A stretch of 64,000 nt of DNA from Adineta vaga (lineage: Eukaryota > Animalia > Rotifera), in the NCBI GenBank assembly GCA_021613535.1, contig CP075496.1:10912001-10976000 (forward strand). Reading direction: 5' to 3'. The notes beneath the pieces are model-generated. The model did no database searches, was not told the origin of the DNA, and saw only the letters and a program-made list of their open reading frames with translations. The position numbers and the translations under genes were made by a program. This document shows positions 12,345 to 25,751 of this stretch, one piece after another (the stretch's first letter is position 1; every line of letters begins with the position of its first letter).

Positions 12345-15300
12345 ATGCTTACTCATTCTTCCAGATCACTACTACCAATGCAATACAGTCTTCAACAACA
12401 ATTACCATCATCATCATCATCTTCGTCATCACATTCTTATTTTACTCCCATTCAAACAACATCATCGATGCAATATGCAACTATCTATTCGATGCCGAAT
12501 TCTACGTCTATGTCTCTTTCATCAACACCAAATAAAAAATTATTATCACAACAACAAATTCATTCATCTTCTCAATTAACACCTATTCCACCAACAAGTT
12601 CTTCATATATGTCGCCAATTGCTTCACCTACAGATTACATGTCTCGTGATTCAACTTCACCCTCATCCGATTTAAAAGATATGGATACAGTTAAATTATT
12701 TATTGGACAAATACCGCGACATTTGGAAGAAAATGATCTTCGACCAATTTTTGAAGAATTTGGACAAATCTATGAATTAACTGTACTTAAAGATAGATTT
12801 ACTGGCATGCATCGTGGTAAGAAATGATTTAATACCATTGATGTTTCTTGTCTTATTGCCTAAGGCAAATCAGTAGTCTATATAGATTTAATAAAGTGAA
12901 ATACATAGATTTCCGGCTTTTTATATTGTGAAAGACATGTTCATTTGTTTTCTTTTCTGAATCTGATTGACCTATAGGAGTAAATGATCGATTGATTATA
13001 TTTGAGACATCAGTCGGTCGCGTGTCCGCAGCCATCTGTTCGAGGAAAAGATGAAATAGAATGAAGAAGAGAACATAGAATCGATGATTTGTCAAATGAA
13101 ATTTGTTCGCGACAAGAACAACAAGAGAAATCGTCGTTTTCCGTTCATACTGGTCAAAAAACGAACGAAATCGTACAAGAAGAAGGAAAAAAAAATCATA
13201 TTTGTTCTTTTTCCTTTGACACATTTCTTCTTTCATATATATTTGTGGCATTGCTTCTCTTCTCGCAGTGACGGGCGACGGGCAGAGGCATTCAGTGATA
13301 CTAATAATCATTCTGTTCTTTTTTCTTGACAGATGGTCAACTTTTAAAATAAAACGAAAGTAGCAAGCATTCTGTATATTCATTCAGTCTTTTTTTACAA
13401 TATCATCATGTTGGTCGATACACTTAATGGTAAGAAACAATCTCGACAGATGTCATATATTTGAAAAGACAAAGCACATATTGAAAAATATCTTATTGAA
13501 ATACTTTACGAAAACAATAGAAAATTGAACAAATCTGATTTTGTTTTATAGGATGTGCATTTCTCACCTATTGTCATCGGGATTCAGCACTTAAAGCTCA
13601 ACAATCATTGCATGAACGACGAACATTGCCAGGCGTACGTATTACAGATGTCACTTTTGAATACCATTGAACTATGTGTATGAGAGTTTTCTCAGATGTT
13701 TTCTATTCGAGAATAATGTGTCAATTTTATGGAGGAGAGGGTGAGAGAAAAAACCTTACGAACGAATAGACCAATGCACTCTAGGAGAATTAAGTCTGAT
13801 ATAGTAGCAATTAATGCGTGCCCCTTAAGCAGTGCCTATAGAAAAGGTGATATGAATATAATGAGGAAAAGGAACGTCATGATAAATTCTAAAATTAACG
13901 TTCTAAATAAGAAAAAAAAAGGAATTGATAAATGCTGTCTGACAGATAGATTTAATTAATCACTAATGATATTGTTATATCTACTCTATACTTGAGGGAT
14001 TTCATTATTGTGAAAAGAAAAATGTGTGTAAGTCAATCGATTGATTTTGATTTTTTTCGATTTCATGTGAGGCTATAGACAATTATCACTATTTCTGTTT
14101 TGTTCACACTTATTCTTCCATTTACTTGGACTTGTGTGCATGTGTGTCATTTCATTGCTCCCTTTTTATATAATAGACACATACTGCTGTTTCCGACTTA
14201 TACAATGAGCATGCTTTTCCTATTTTTTTACAAAATCGCATGCTCTAGACGAGATTTTTTGTTCTTCTTTCTCTTTCTTCTTATCGTCCGTTGCTTTTTT
14301 TGTTCGGAGAAACTATTCGTATAGATCTATAGAAAGAGAGTAGAGTAACTATCGAATCAATCTATTTTTTATTTGTAAGTATTTGTGTGCGTGTTTGAGA
14401 ATGCATTTAAACTCTGACTAGCCAACGCCAGCCAGTTGGAGAGCGCTTCAGCGTGCAATGAAAAGAAAATATCGTGACAACAGCATTGATACGTCTCCTT
14501 CTACTTCTTCGGAATCTTCAACGACAATCGTAAGTTTAGTATTAGAATGTATACTTATCTGAAGTTTCTTAAAGCGTTCTATTTGACATTCTTTTTTTCT
14601 TCTTTGTTGCTTGTCTGTTTTTCTCATATATTATCTTCGCTTGATTTCAGTAATTGTTTTTATTAATTCTAGTGAGAGAAAAAAATGAAGTTGGGAAGCC
14701 ATTACGGCACGTGTCGATTTTCCTCTTGAATGCTGCTTTGAACTTCACCGTCGTTGAGAGTATACAATTACTATTGTTTAAGTGAGAGAAAGATATACAG
14801 ATGGTCGTAGAGAGATGTCGGCAAGCTTGTCGGATCCTATGTCTATCGTGACAAACGTCAACTGAACTAAGAACAAAAAAAAGGAAATCGCCTCTGGCGA
14901 GTTATAATGAGCGTGTGTATGGTGTGTGCTTTCTGGCAAAGAATGATGGATAGAGAAGGAAGAAGCATTGATGCATATACATATCATAGTATTGCATGCT
15001 TAGCAATTAATTTTCGAGCAGACAAGATCGTTCAGAATACTCCTCCCCTTGTTGAAACGGAAGTGCCATGCCACCCACTGGATGGTCTCCTCATCCCGAT
15101 TACTAATTATGTAGCTTAGGATAGACTGACAGAGTGGATTAGAGAATGCAAGAAAAAATGACAATGAAAATACGATGAAGCAGAAGAAGTAGAAGGACAG
15201 AGAGAAAGAAGACGCAGAAAAAAAAGAATTGAAGTAGTTGTGAAACGACAAGAAAACACGTATACACACATATCTCTTTTGTAAAATACATAATAAATTG

Positions 15301-18300
15301 TTTAAAAAAATTGATTTTTTTTCATATTCTTTTAGATGAGTCGTCCCATCCAAGTCAAGCCAGCTGATAGCGAATCACGAACAGGTAATTGACATATGTA
15401 AAATATTCTATTGGTAGATATATATCTCTTTCTTCTTCTCTTTCTCATATTTATCTAACGAGATGTTTATTCATTGGCCAATATCATATATTTCGTGTTA
15501 GTAAAGATGTATTATTAGCGAGTCTTAAAAGAAGAAAAAAAGAAATAATAAAATTTTTTATTCATCAGATTTTCTTTCTGTTTGTAAATCATATTGTACG
15601 TTGACACGACATAGACGGGCAATTTTTCGAGAAGATAGCACTTTGAGAAAAAGGAAATTAACAATATATTGTCGATGACAAAAAAAGGAAGTGACGTTGT
15701 AACAATCGAAGTAAAATAAACTCTTGAATGTTGAAGATACGAAAAAAAATCTAAAGTTTACAAACAATTGTTTTTTATTCGCTTCTTCTTCTTTCAATCG
15801 CTATAATATTTTCTTATTAAAACAATCGATATGTCTAAATTTAGCATCACCATCAGCATCAATCAAATTTGATGTGAGTTGGTTACAGTATACATCTCTA
15901 TATATATATTTATTTATTCAATGGTGGTGATAGTGCCTGTGTTGTTGCTGACCACTTTTTTTTCTTTCTATATCTTTAATTCAATGGTGTAATGTTAACT
16001 CGTCGTGCTGGTTTCTGTTTCAGTCTATTTCGATGTGCTCAGCGTCATCGTAGTGAATAATCACATACGTATTCTCCGTTTTTTTCCTTCGTTCCTATCT
16101 TTTTTTTATTTCCTAATGATTATCTTTTCTTCCTAATCTTTGTCTGTCATTTTCATCAGACGCACACACGCATCAGGTTAATTATAGTGAGAGAGAGAGA
16201 GCGAGAGAGAGAGAGAAAAGAAAATTACTTTTTTTACTCAGCATAGAGAAAGAGGAATAAAGAAAAGCAATTTGTCCAATCCGTAAAAGACTGAGCGAGA
16301 ATAGCAGTATCCTCTTTTGCTTCTTCTCTTTTCGTCTAAAAGATAAAAAAGGAGACTAATAAGATTTCCCATCAACGATAGAAACTTGACCCGACAAGAG
16401 AGAGAGAGAAGAACGGTTGGATAGCTAGGTAGTTGAGAAAGACGAGAGAAGAGAGAGAAAAAAAGAAAGAGAGTGACTACTTTTTCCGGTCGACAAAAAA
16501 ACGAAGAAGAAGAAGAAGAAGAAGAAGAAAAAGCAGAAGCAGAGAAGTAGACGCTAGGGATTTCCGAGCGAAGAAGAAGAAGAGAAGAAAAAAAAGAAGA
16601 AATTTTCTTTTTTACATCTTCATCATTGTTCTCTTTCGATTCCATATTACACACATATTTATAAATATATATATATGATGGTGACAGCATCAAACCAGAC
16701 TCAACCATTATATTCAACGACAAGTAATAGAGTACGAAATTTAGGTGAGAATATATTCTACTAGTAAATAGAGTTTTTAGACGAAGTTATTTTCAATGTC
16801 TACGTGTGTATATGAATGTAGTGAAATGACAGATGTTTTTATTGATATAGATAAATGTAGTTTCGACATATTTTTTTTTCATTAATAGAAGATCGCAAAT
16901 TATTTGTTGGCATGTTGAACAAACAAATGACAGAAGAAAATGTTCGTGCTATCTTTGAACCATATGGTAGCATTGAAGAATGTACCATTTTACGTGGACC
17001 TAGTGGTGATAGTAAAGGTTGTGCATTTGTGAAATTTTCTACTCATAATGAAGCTCAACAAGCCATACAAAATGTTCATGGAAGTCAAACATTTCCAGGT
17101 GCATCATCGTCAATTGTTGTCAAATTTGCTGATACAGAAAAAGAACGACAATTAAGACGTATGCAACAATTAGCTGGTCCACTTGGACTTTTATCAAATC
17201 CTTTAGTACTTCAACAAATTGCTGCTAATTTAAATTATCAAGGTTACACACAAATTCAACAACAAGCATTATTAGCGTCATCGAACGGTACGCATCAAAC
17301 AGCTTATACAACAATTCCAGTTTTAACATCATCAGGTCAATCATTAAGTAATGGGACAATGACACCATCAACAGGTAAGCAAAAAAGAGAATAGAAGCAA
17401 AAGTTTTTCTTTGCTTTGAAAAATCTTTAAAATTTAAAACGATTTATATCAAAATGAACAAAAATTGAGTAAAATAATCTCATAGGTGAATGTGACAATA
17501 TGGACTTTCCTCATTGTACTTTAGTCAACGCCTCTCCTGTTAATAATGGTTCAACAACAATATATCAAACAACTGTATCTGGTCATAATGGTCAATCAGC
17601 AGAATTATATTCATCAGGCATGCAATATTCTAGTAAGAAACAAATATGTTTTTATTTTTTATAATAAATAGTTTCCTTTGTAGCTGTTGTTGGTCCGGCA
17701 ATCGATACTGCAACTGGTTTACAAATTCAACAAGCTACAGCTTATACTACTTTACCTACTCAATATCCAATCTATGCTCCTACAGCTATCTATTCTCATT
17801 TACCAACAACAACACTCATTCCAAGTGCATTAGCATCACCTGGAAAAGAAGGTTCGTTGAAAAGCAAGACGCATTTTCTTCAAATAAGATTCACACATTT
17901 TCAGTCACATTTTAACCTTTTTTTTCTTCTACACGAAATAATTTCTAATCAATTTCGATTTCATAGCTCTACCACAGTTTTTCGGTCCTGATGGTTGCAA
18001 TTTGTTCATCTACCATTTACCACAAGAGTTTGGTGATTCCGAACTTGCTTCAATGTTTATGCCATTTGGCAATGTTATTTCGGCCAAGGTCTATGTAGAT
18101 CGAGCCACCAATCAATCCAAATGTTTTGGTACATATCTAGATGTTTTATATCTATATAGTTATATTTGTCGCGAGAGAAAATAAAAGTGAATACGTAGCA
18201 AGAAAGAAAGGAAGAAAGATTTGAATATTCTATTGGATTGCCTCATCAAGAGATGATTTTCGATTTGCTTTCTTTTTCTCTAGTTCTATTCGATGTTGTG

Positions 18301-18610
18301 ATATGACAATCCAATGCAATTTTCTTTCTTTTCATTCTCGTTGAACGCGTACTCTTTTCTTTTTTCTTCTAATCAAAATTCATTAATTCAATCGTGATTT
18401 TTCTTTTTCTTTTCTAGGTTTTGTCTCCTATGATAATCCTCAATGTGCTCAACAAGGTAATTAGTTTTCCGGAAACAAAATCTTTTCTTATAGAATCTTT
18501 TTCTTCTTTATTACTTCTTAGCCATACAATCGATGAATGGATTTCAGATTGGTATGAAACGTTTAAAAGTTCAATTAAAACGTCCAAAAGATTTAGCTAA
18601 ACCATATTGA
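12345..18610 (+). CDS. CELF: CUGBP/Elav-like (CELF3-6/Bruno-3/UNC-75 type) RNA-binding protein, 3 RRMs
   Basis: RRM1 [13 protein letters not shown]...[13 protein letters not shown]...[13 protein letters not shown]; RRM2 [12 protein letters not shown]...[17 protein letters not shown]; RRM3 [18 protein letters not shown]...[17 protein letters not shown]. Confidence 0.95.
16188..16215. repeat. (GA)n microsatellite in a CELF intron
   Basis: Direct reading of the GA tract. Confidence 0.85.
16503..16529. repeat. (GAA)n microsatellite
   Basis: About 9 GAA units. Confidence 0.85.
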
Positions 18611-19123
18611 AATCTCTTATCGACACACAGTGTATATCTAGTCATCAATGATAACAACGAAAACAAAATAAATGTGTGCGTGTGTGTCTATTTATTCCAT
18701 TCCTAGTCAAACATTCATTTCCGTTTTCTTTTCGATAGACAAGATATCTTCATCTATTTATTCGAATAAAGACAGTCAGTCAGTCATTCCTTTTTGTATC
18801 ATGGAAAATTTTGTTGCGTTTAAAGAAGTTTTTTTTTTGTTTATTTTCCTTCTCTTTTTTTTGACACTATAAATCGATTCCATAAGAATTCTTTTTTTTC
18901 TAAGAAACATTTATTATGATTATTATTATTATTATTATTATTAATGAAATTATTTACTCGCTCTTTTTTTTGCTGCTTTGTTGATTTCTTTCTCTTATGT
19001 TGATTTTTTTCTTCTTCTTCTCCGGCTAATTGAGCCTTGTATCTTCCTAGTTTGCTCTTTTAAGAATAAAATTTTCTTTTACTAGAAGATTCATTAGTAA
19101 GATATAAAAAAAATAATAACATC

Positions 19124-21059
19124 TTAAACATTTTTAAAAGTTTGATTTTCATAAGGAATCGACGAACGAGATTCATGTGAAGCTGAATGGTGACGCACTG
19201 TTAATTCATTGCTCGTATGCGTTGACTGATGTTGATCAAGAGTTAACGAATTGACCGATGATTCACTTCGAACTAATGGTAAAACTGTTTCTTTGGCTTG
19301 AGCACGACGTTGATCATATTTTGCCTAAAGCATTTTAATAATTAAAACGATACTTTCTTTTACTCATAAAAAAAGATGAAAAAAGTTGGGAATATTCAAT
19401 GAATATAAATGTCTATAATACATTAAGTTTCTTTTTCACTTTCTAAAAGAATTAATCATGCAATAAAAAAAGCATTGTTTTATAGACTTTTTTTCTTATT
19501 TCAATTATTTTAAACTGGTGTTATTAATATTCTTAGAAATGAGATGGTAAATGAATTCCAAATGAGAAAAATGTAATAAAGTTATTAGAGTATTAGAAGA
19601 GAAGAAAATGTATATTACACTTGTGTTTTGTCTCTAATCTCAAGAGTCTTGAGAACAATGACGAAATTATTTTTTCTGAGAATAGAAAATCGAAAATATG
19701 ATCTAGAGAAACAATGATTCTTTTCATAAGAACAAAATATGAAATCTCATGTATTCTCAATCTTATTCTCATAAGCAATAAAAAGAAAGGCATAAAATCA
19801 ATTCTAAGACAGTCTATCTTAATATTTCTTCTAATGAAAACAACGTACTTTATTGTATAGTATAACACCGAATGCTGATAGAGTCATTCCAATTACATTA
19901 CTGAATGTTACTGGATTTTTTAATACAATTAATGATGCACTAATCACAACAATACGCTTTGTACTATTTGCAATACTGTATGATAATGGAGATACTAATG
20001 ATATCATTGTAAATGCAGCAATATTTTGTAAAAAATGTAGAATACCATCACTGAGTAGATATGCAAAAATTCGTAAGAAAGTTTTTGTTCGATGCTAAAG
20101 AATATCATCGATCATTGTTTATTGAAATCAATTTATATCAACTTACATATTTCGTTTCATAATAGATATTGATTCCATCAGTAAAAAACCAAAATGGAAC
20201 AAATAAACAACATCCAATTTTAGCTAATAGAGATAATAGAATAAAATGATGTATTGCAATATCTTTTAATGACTAATCGAAAAACAAAAATGAAAAGATC
20301 AATATTAATTTAACTAAAAGATCGAAATTTACTTTTTTTGAATAAATATTTTGTAATGAAAAACCAAATGTTGAAAGAAGAGCACTAATAAAACCGACCA
20401 TATTAAATGATAGTTCAGTTACTGTAGCGATAATAACACCAATAATAATGGGTATCAATGAAACATACACAGGTGTTGTTTGTCTTTCACGAAGTATGAT
20501 TCGAGATAGAAATCTACAATGAAAAAGCAATTTCATATTCAATAGATGTAAATGTTTTTTGAGAGAAAGAACACTATACATAGTAAATAATGGCATTGTA
20601 GCTTTGATCGTATGAGCAAATGATACAGGTACTTTCCAAAGACTAACATGTGAAGATAATTGTGAAAGAAATTTGCCAATAGCTAATGGAATGATAATTT
20701 TAAAATAATAAATTCGATTTTGATAGAGATATTCTGGCGGAGGAACTTGCCGTATCCTAAAGAAAAACGAACATGCAGATATATTCGATGATATATGAAA
20801 ATGGATTCGTATCAATACCGAATCAATGGAATACAAAGAATCCAAATACTAAAGAGTTGTACAAGTGTAACAGTGAATGGATATGGAAATTCTTCGAGTA
20901 ATTCTTTTACAATCACATTACCAGCTGCCGAAGAACCTGATTAGAAATAGAGAGAAAGTTTTAAATAAATAACAAATCAGTTTACTTACTATACCAAACA
21001 AGACATAGAGAAGTTATTTGAAAACATTCGTATAATAATGATTCCCGGTGTAAAGTCAT
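19124..21059 (-). CDS. SLC35E1: Solute carrier family 35 member E1-like (triose-phosphate translocator-like)
   Basis: [82 protein letters not shown]. Confidence 0.9.
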
Positions 21060-22227
21060 TCTTTTCAAATAATTTGCTCGCTTATTTTTTAATCATGATT
21101 TTAACTTGCCTATAGATATAAAAGATAAGCTATTATTACTTTCTTTCAGCTTATTTGAAAACACATCGAAGGAACAGAACAGATGTACGGGGAAAAGAAA
21201 CTGAAAGGTCGAGTAACTGAAGAATAAAAATCCTTATATGTATTTAGTAAATAATAGTTGCTTCCTTTTTCTTTTTCTTTTCCTATACCACAACGAAAAA
21301 CATGACATGCAACGATCTTGATATTCTTTGGTTAATATTTTGTATAGTAACTACGACAGATGTCGTTATCAGGCAAGTTATATCCTCAAATCGAATAAAG
21401 AAATTTAAAGATTATGATGCTCCATTTCTTATTTATATGGACAAACGTATTAAAATACAAAAGACTTGTGTCAAATTAAGATTTTAGTACGGCCTTTTCT
21501 ACTTTTAAACACATGCACATGCATGATATGTACAAGAACTACAGAGTGTTATGTCTATATACTATGCTTTAATTCTTATCAGTATAAATTGTGGCAGAGA
21601 ATTATAGAATGTATTACTATTTTTTGTAATATATTTTAATATATCTATAGCAGGATACTCTTACAAAATGTATGGAGAAATATCTATAAATGGATCTATG
21701 TATCCAACGCCGCTGGATCTCTCAAAAACGAAGTTTTCAAATTTTTTCACGCTTCATCGGATTCCAATTACAGAAACTATCAATCTAATCAAATTGTTCT
21801 TGAGACATAATTTTATTTCAAACAAATATAGATATTTTGTTCTATATTAGATTTTGATTTGCAATACGAGAAACCAGTAACTAAAATCTCTTCAAAAAAG
21901 ATTTTCTGCTACTCAATAAAAATATCTACTTTTCTTGATCTTTTTTTTTCGTTTCACGTTAATCTATTTTCAGTTCAATTTTCAAAAAAAAAATAACCCC
22001 TTAGTGATCATAGTTTTGAAATGATTAACGACGCCATCTTTTGTATGAAAATATGTTTGATTGATACGGTGTCAAATTAAATACTCGCTTTATTTTTATT
22101 AATATTATACTATATTATGTGTTGCTGTGCTGTCACTATATTTACTTTCATTTCACGCATTTCATTTACCGAAAAATATTTATAACTCGGAAGAAAAATA
22201 GTCAAATTTCATTCTACAAAACAGACA

Positions 22228-25141
22228 ATGAACAACAACGGAAATTTCAATAATAATCAACCAGCTGCACTAATGTCCTATCCATTTCCAATGCATAATC
22301 CTCCTCAACATCCGACATATATTGAACAACCATACATGAGTCAACCACAACAGCATTATCAAACACATATTCCTCATTATTACAATCCACGACCTACAGT
22401 AAGTTTATTTTAATTTTGATTCTTGTTCTCTTTTTAGTAAAAGATATTTTTCAGATACAAACACCACCTAAATCTGAAAAACGAAAACAAGAAATTCTTA
22501 CATGTGATGCATGTGGTATTGAAGTGAATTCTCAACAAATGATGGACGCACATGTTCGTGGTCAAAAACATATTAAAAAAATGAAATTAAAAGTAACACA
22601 AAAAAAGATCTTCGAATTCGAATTTTTTGCATTTATTTGTATTCATATAGACCGTATCAACTACTAATACATCCATCAATCAACCATCTGAAAGTATTAA
22701 TACTGATGAACAATTTTTATCACCGACATTATCATCGACAAGTATATCGATCGAGCCCGTAGTCAAAAGTGAACAAAATTCATCTGCTACTCCTACTACT
22801 CCTATAGGTACTGCTTCTCCGATTGTTGTTAAACCAACATCTTCTAATGAAAAGAGTGCTTTACAATTAATGAACGAATTAGCAAAACATAATAAAGTTT
22901 GTCTTTTAAAATCAAAAGAAAATGTAGTGTTTTTACGTGTTTTATTTCTAGGTAGAAGTAAAATATGATTTAGTTAAAGAAACTGGTCCAGCACATTGTA
23001 AACAATTCGAAGTACAATTAACTGCCGGTAGTGAAATCTATCATGGTACTGGAACAAGTATCAAACGAGCTCAACAAGATGGTAAGAAAAACAAACGTAA
23101 TTTTCTGTTGTTTAAATCTCTATGAGAATATTATTTAGCTGCTGAAAAAGCATTAGCATCGACAACATTACGAAAACCAGATCCAACACAACGTGGATCA
23201 CATGCTGCTCGAACATTACGTGGAGAAGTTGCTAATCAAGGAAGTAAGTATTGATTTGTATTGATATTATTTATTTCTTTTTTGTTTTCAAAAAACAATT
23301 AAACTATATCATGTATAGATAATCTAAATAAGTTGAATATTAATTCATTTTATAGTTGCAGGCTGATGTAACTGATGAATATGGTTATCAATATACACGA
23401 ACGAAGCTCGTTCGCTTTCTTTTTCATTTGAATAATTGACAGAGAGAAATATACTGTATCTTTACATTTCTTAAAGAAATCGAAATTTTTATGAGCACAT
23501 TTGAGTTTTAATACAAAGAATAACGGAAGAAAAAGAAACTCTACTCACTTTCAATTCATTCAAAAAAAAGAAATAGAAAAAGCATCAGCATTGTATGTAC
23601 GGTAAGTACATATAAAATAGATCAAATGAGAAAACTTGATTATAGATCAATCAAACCATACATATTTATATCATATAAAACTTTCTAAAATCAAGTTTTT
23701 TCTTAGTTATTATTTTTAATTCAATTTTATTATTATTTTTTTCCAGCGTATTCAAATATTCGTCATCAATACCCACCCCAACAACAACAACAACAACAAC
23801 CCATGCGTCAAAAAACATATCTACCAACAGGACAACAACAAACATATAGCAATAATGAAACTTCATTATTAAATTTAATTAATAATAAATGTGCAGAAAT
23901 TACAGAAAATGAGCATACAGTATCCATGATACAACGATTAGTTGAAGATATTGAACGTGTCTTAAAAACTGTTTCGGATAAAATAACTGAACAAAGTAAA
24001 ATAAATAATATTTCTGTTGTACCAAAACTTCCAGATAGTGTTAAATCAAATAATGCTGATCAATCCTATGAAGACCCAACAGAATCTTTTCGGTATTTGA
24101 ATATAAAATTTCTTTATTTTTCTTTAACATTTCCAAATAATCGTTTGATTAATTCTAGTATGTTGAAAGGTGCGATGAAAGTTTCGACATTAGCTATGCG
24201 TCTATTTCTTCAAACTGATTGCGACTATTCATTAGTACTTATATGTGCTAATAAACCAACGAAAACATTACTAAATGATATTTGTGAAGAATTATCAATT
24301 GGTTTAAATGCTCAAGCTATTGCAGCCTTACAATTAGATTCAAATAATGAACAATCAAATCCTGTTAACTATCAAATTGTAGCACATGTATCTGAAGCAT
24401 GTCTTACAGTTCAATGTAGTCTTTTACCTAAACATACGATTCGCATCCTAATAACATCACCCGTATTTCGTAGTGAAAATTTTCTCAATTATGATGAGAA
24501 TACTCGACAACAAATAGCAGAATTAAATCCCGATCCAATTGATATGTTAGATAAAAATAAATGTTTACAAGCCGCTGCTGAAATACGTAAGTATTTTAAT
24601 TCTCAAATATTCATTTTACAAATGATAAAATAAAACGAATTTCACGAAAACAACGTTTGTTTTGAATGTGTCATATTATTAAGCTAATTTTTTTCTAGGT
24701 CATTCCAATTGGTATACACATTGTATGCTCGAACATAATTCCAATTCAATTGTTCTTCGTATTCTACGTTATTTACAACAAAATCAAACACCATTATCAT
24801 ATCTTAATCTTTGGTGTCTTACTTTACTTGTTTATAAATGTCAACAACAACCAGCAACTTCATCTACATCTCTCTTTCGTTCAGTTTTTACTTGTCTAAG
24901 TAGTGGTATTCTTTTACCAAATCATATTGGTCCAGGTATTATTGATCCTTGTGAAAAAGAGCCGATCGATGCCGCTGCTTATTTAACAATGAATCAACGT
25001 TTAAGCATTACAGATTATGCCCAATATGTTTTACGTTTAATTGCTTTTGGAAAAAATGAAAGTATTTTTCAATTTGAATCGTCCTGTCAAACTGAACAAA
25101 TAACATTCAATTCAACAGCAGAAGATCACAAAATGAATTGA
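22228..25141 (+). CDS. ZFR/ILF3/STRBP-related protein: matrin-type C2H2 zinc finger + dsRBD + DZF domain
   Basis: CDACGIEVNSQQMMDAHVRGQKH (ZnF); SALQLMNELAK...GPAHCKQFEVQL...GTGTSIKRAQQDAAEKAL (dsRBD); LKGAMKVSTLA...LVLICANKPTKTLL and LSSGILLP...GIIDPCEKEPIDA...RLSITDYAQYVLRLIAFG (DZF). Confidence 0.85.
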
Positions 25142-25751
25142 TAATAATCAGGAGATAATTGATGGAAAAACACACACCTTTTTTTCTTCTTTCTTTCTTT
25201 CTCTCTCTATTGATAGAGTATGTGTGCAGAAAAAGTACATACAATTTATTGAAAACAATAAAATAGTTTGTCTTTCAGATTGAAATGAGATTTTTATAGA
25301 ATTATTATGGTAGATTTAGAAAATGTGACAAACTTACCATATGATTTATTTGCTACTAGTCTGGTAGTTGATGCGTATAATTATTTGACATTATTTTATT
25401 ATCAATGTCATATTGAAATAATCGATAGAAATATAAATCAAGGACAAAGACGATATAATATACTCTATCTCACATTATATCGGGGTTTATTTGAATGAAG
25501 AATGTAACAAGTTATTTACTGATAATTCTATTCTGATTTATTTGAAATTATATTCATGAATAAAACGATGAAAGTATAGAGATACAAAGAAAAATATGTA
25601 TAACTATATTTGTTTAAGTATAACAGTATAAAGTAAAAGGAAGAATTTAATAAATTAACTAAGGAAAAAGGAAGAAAATAATAGAAACTCAAATTTTTCT
25701 AGAGAATCAAATAAGATTTAGGAGTTTGTGTGATATAAATCATTTTGACGT

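Noticed and set aside
12853-16723. Numerous 60-176 aa ORFs within the CELF introns
   Set aside because: They are F/L/K/R-rich translations of low-complexity purine or pyrimidine tracts with no domain signal.
21660-21960. Possible MITE or DNA-transposon remnant (also ~9420-9760)
   Set aside because: No terminal inverted repeats, target-site duplication or second copy could be shown within the window; needs a genome-wide repeat search.
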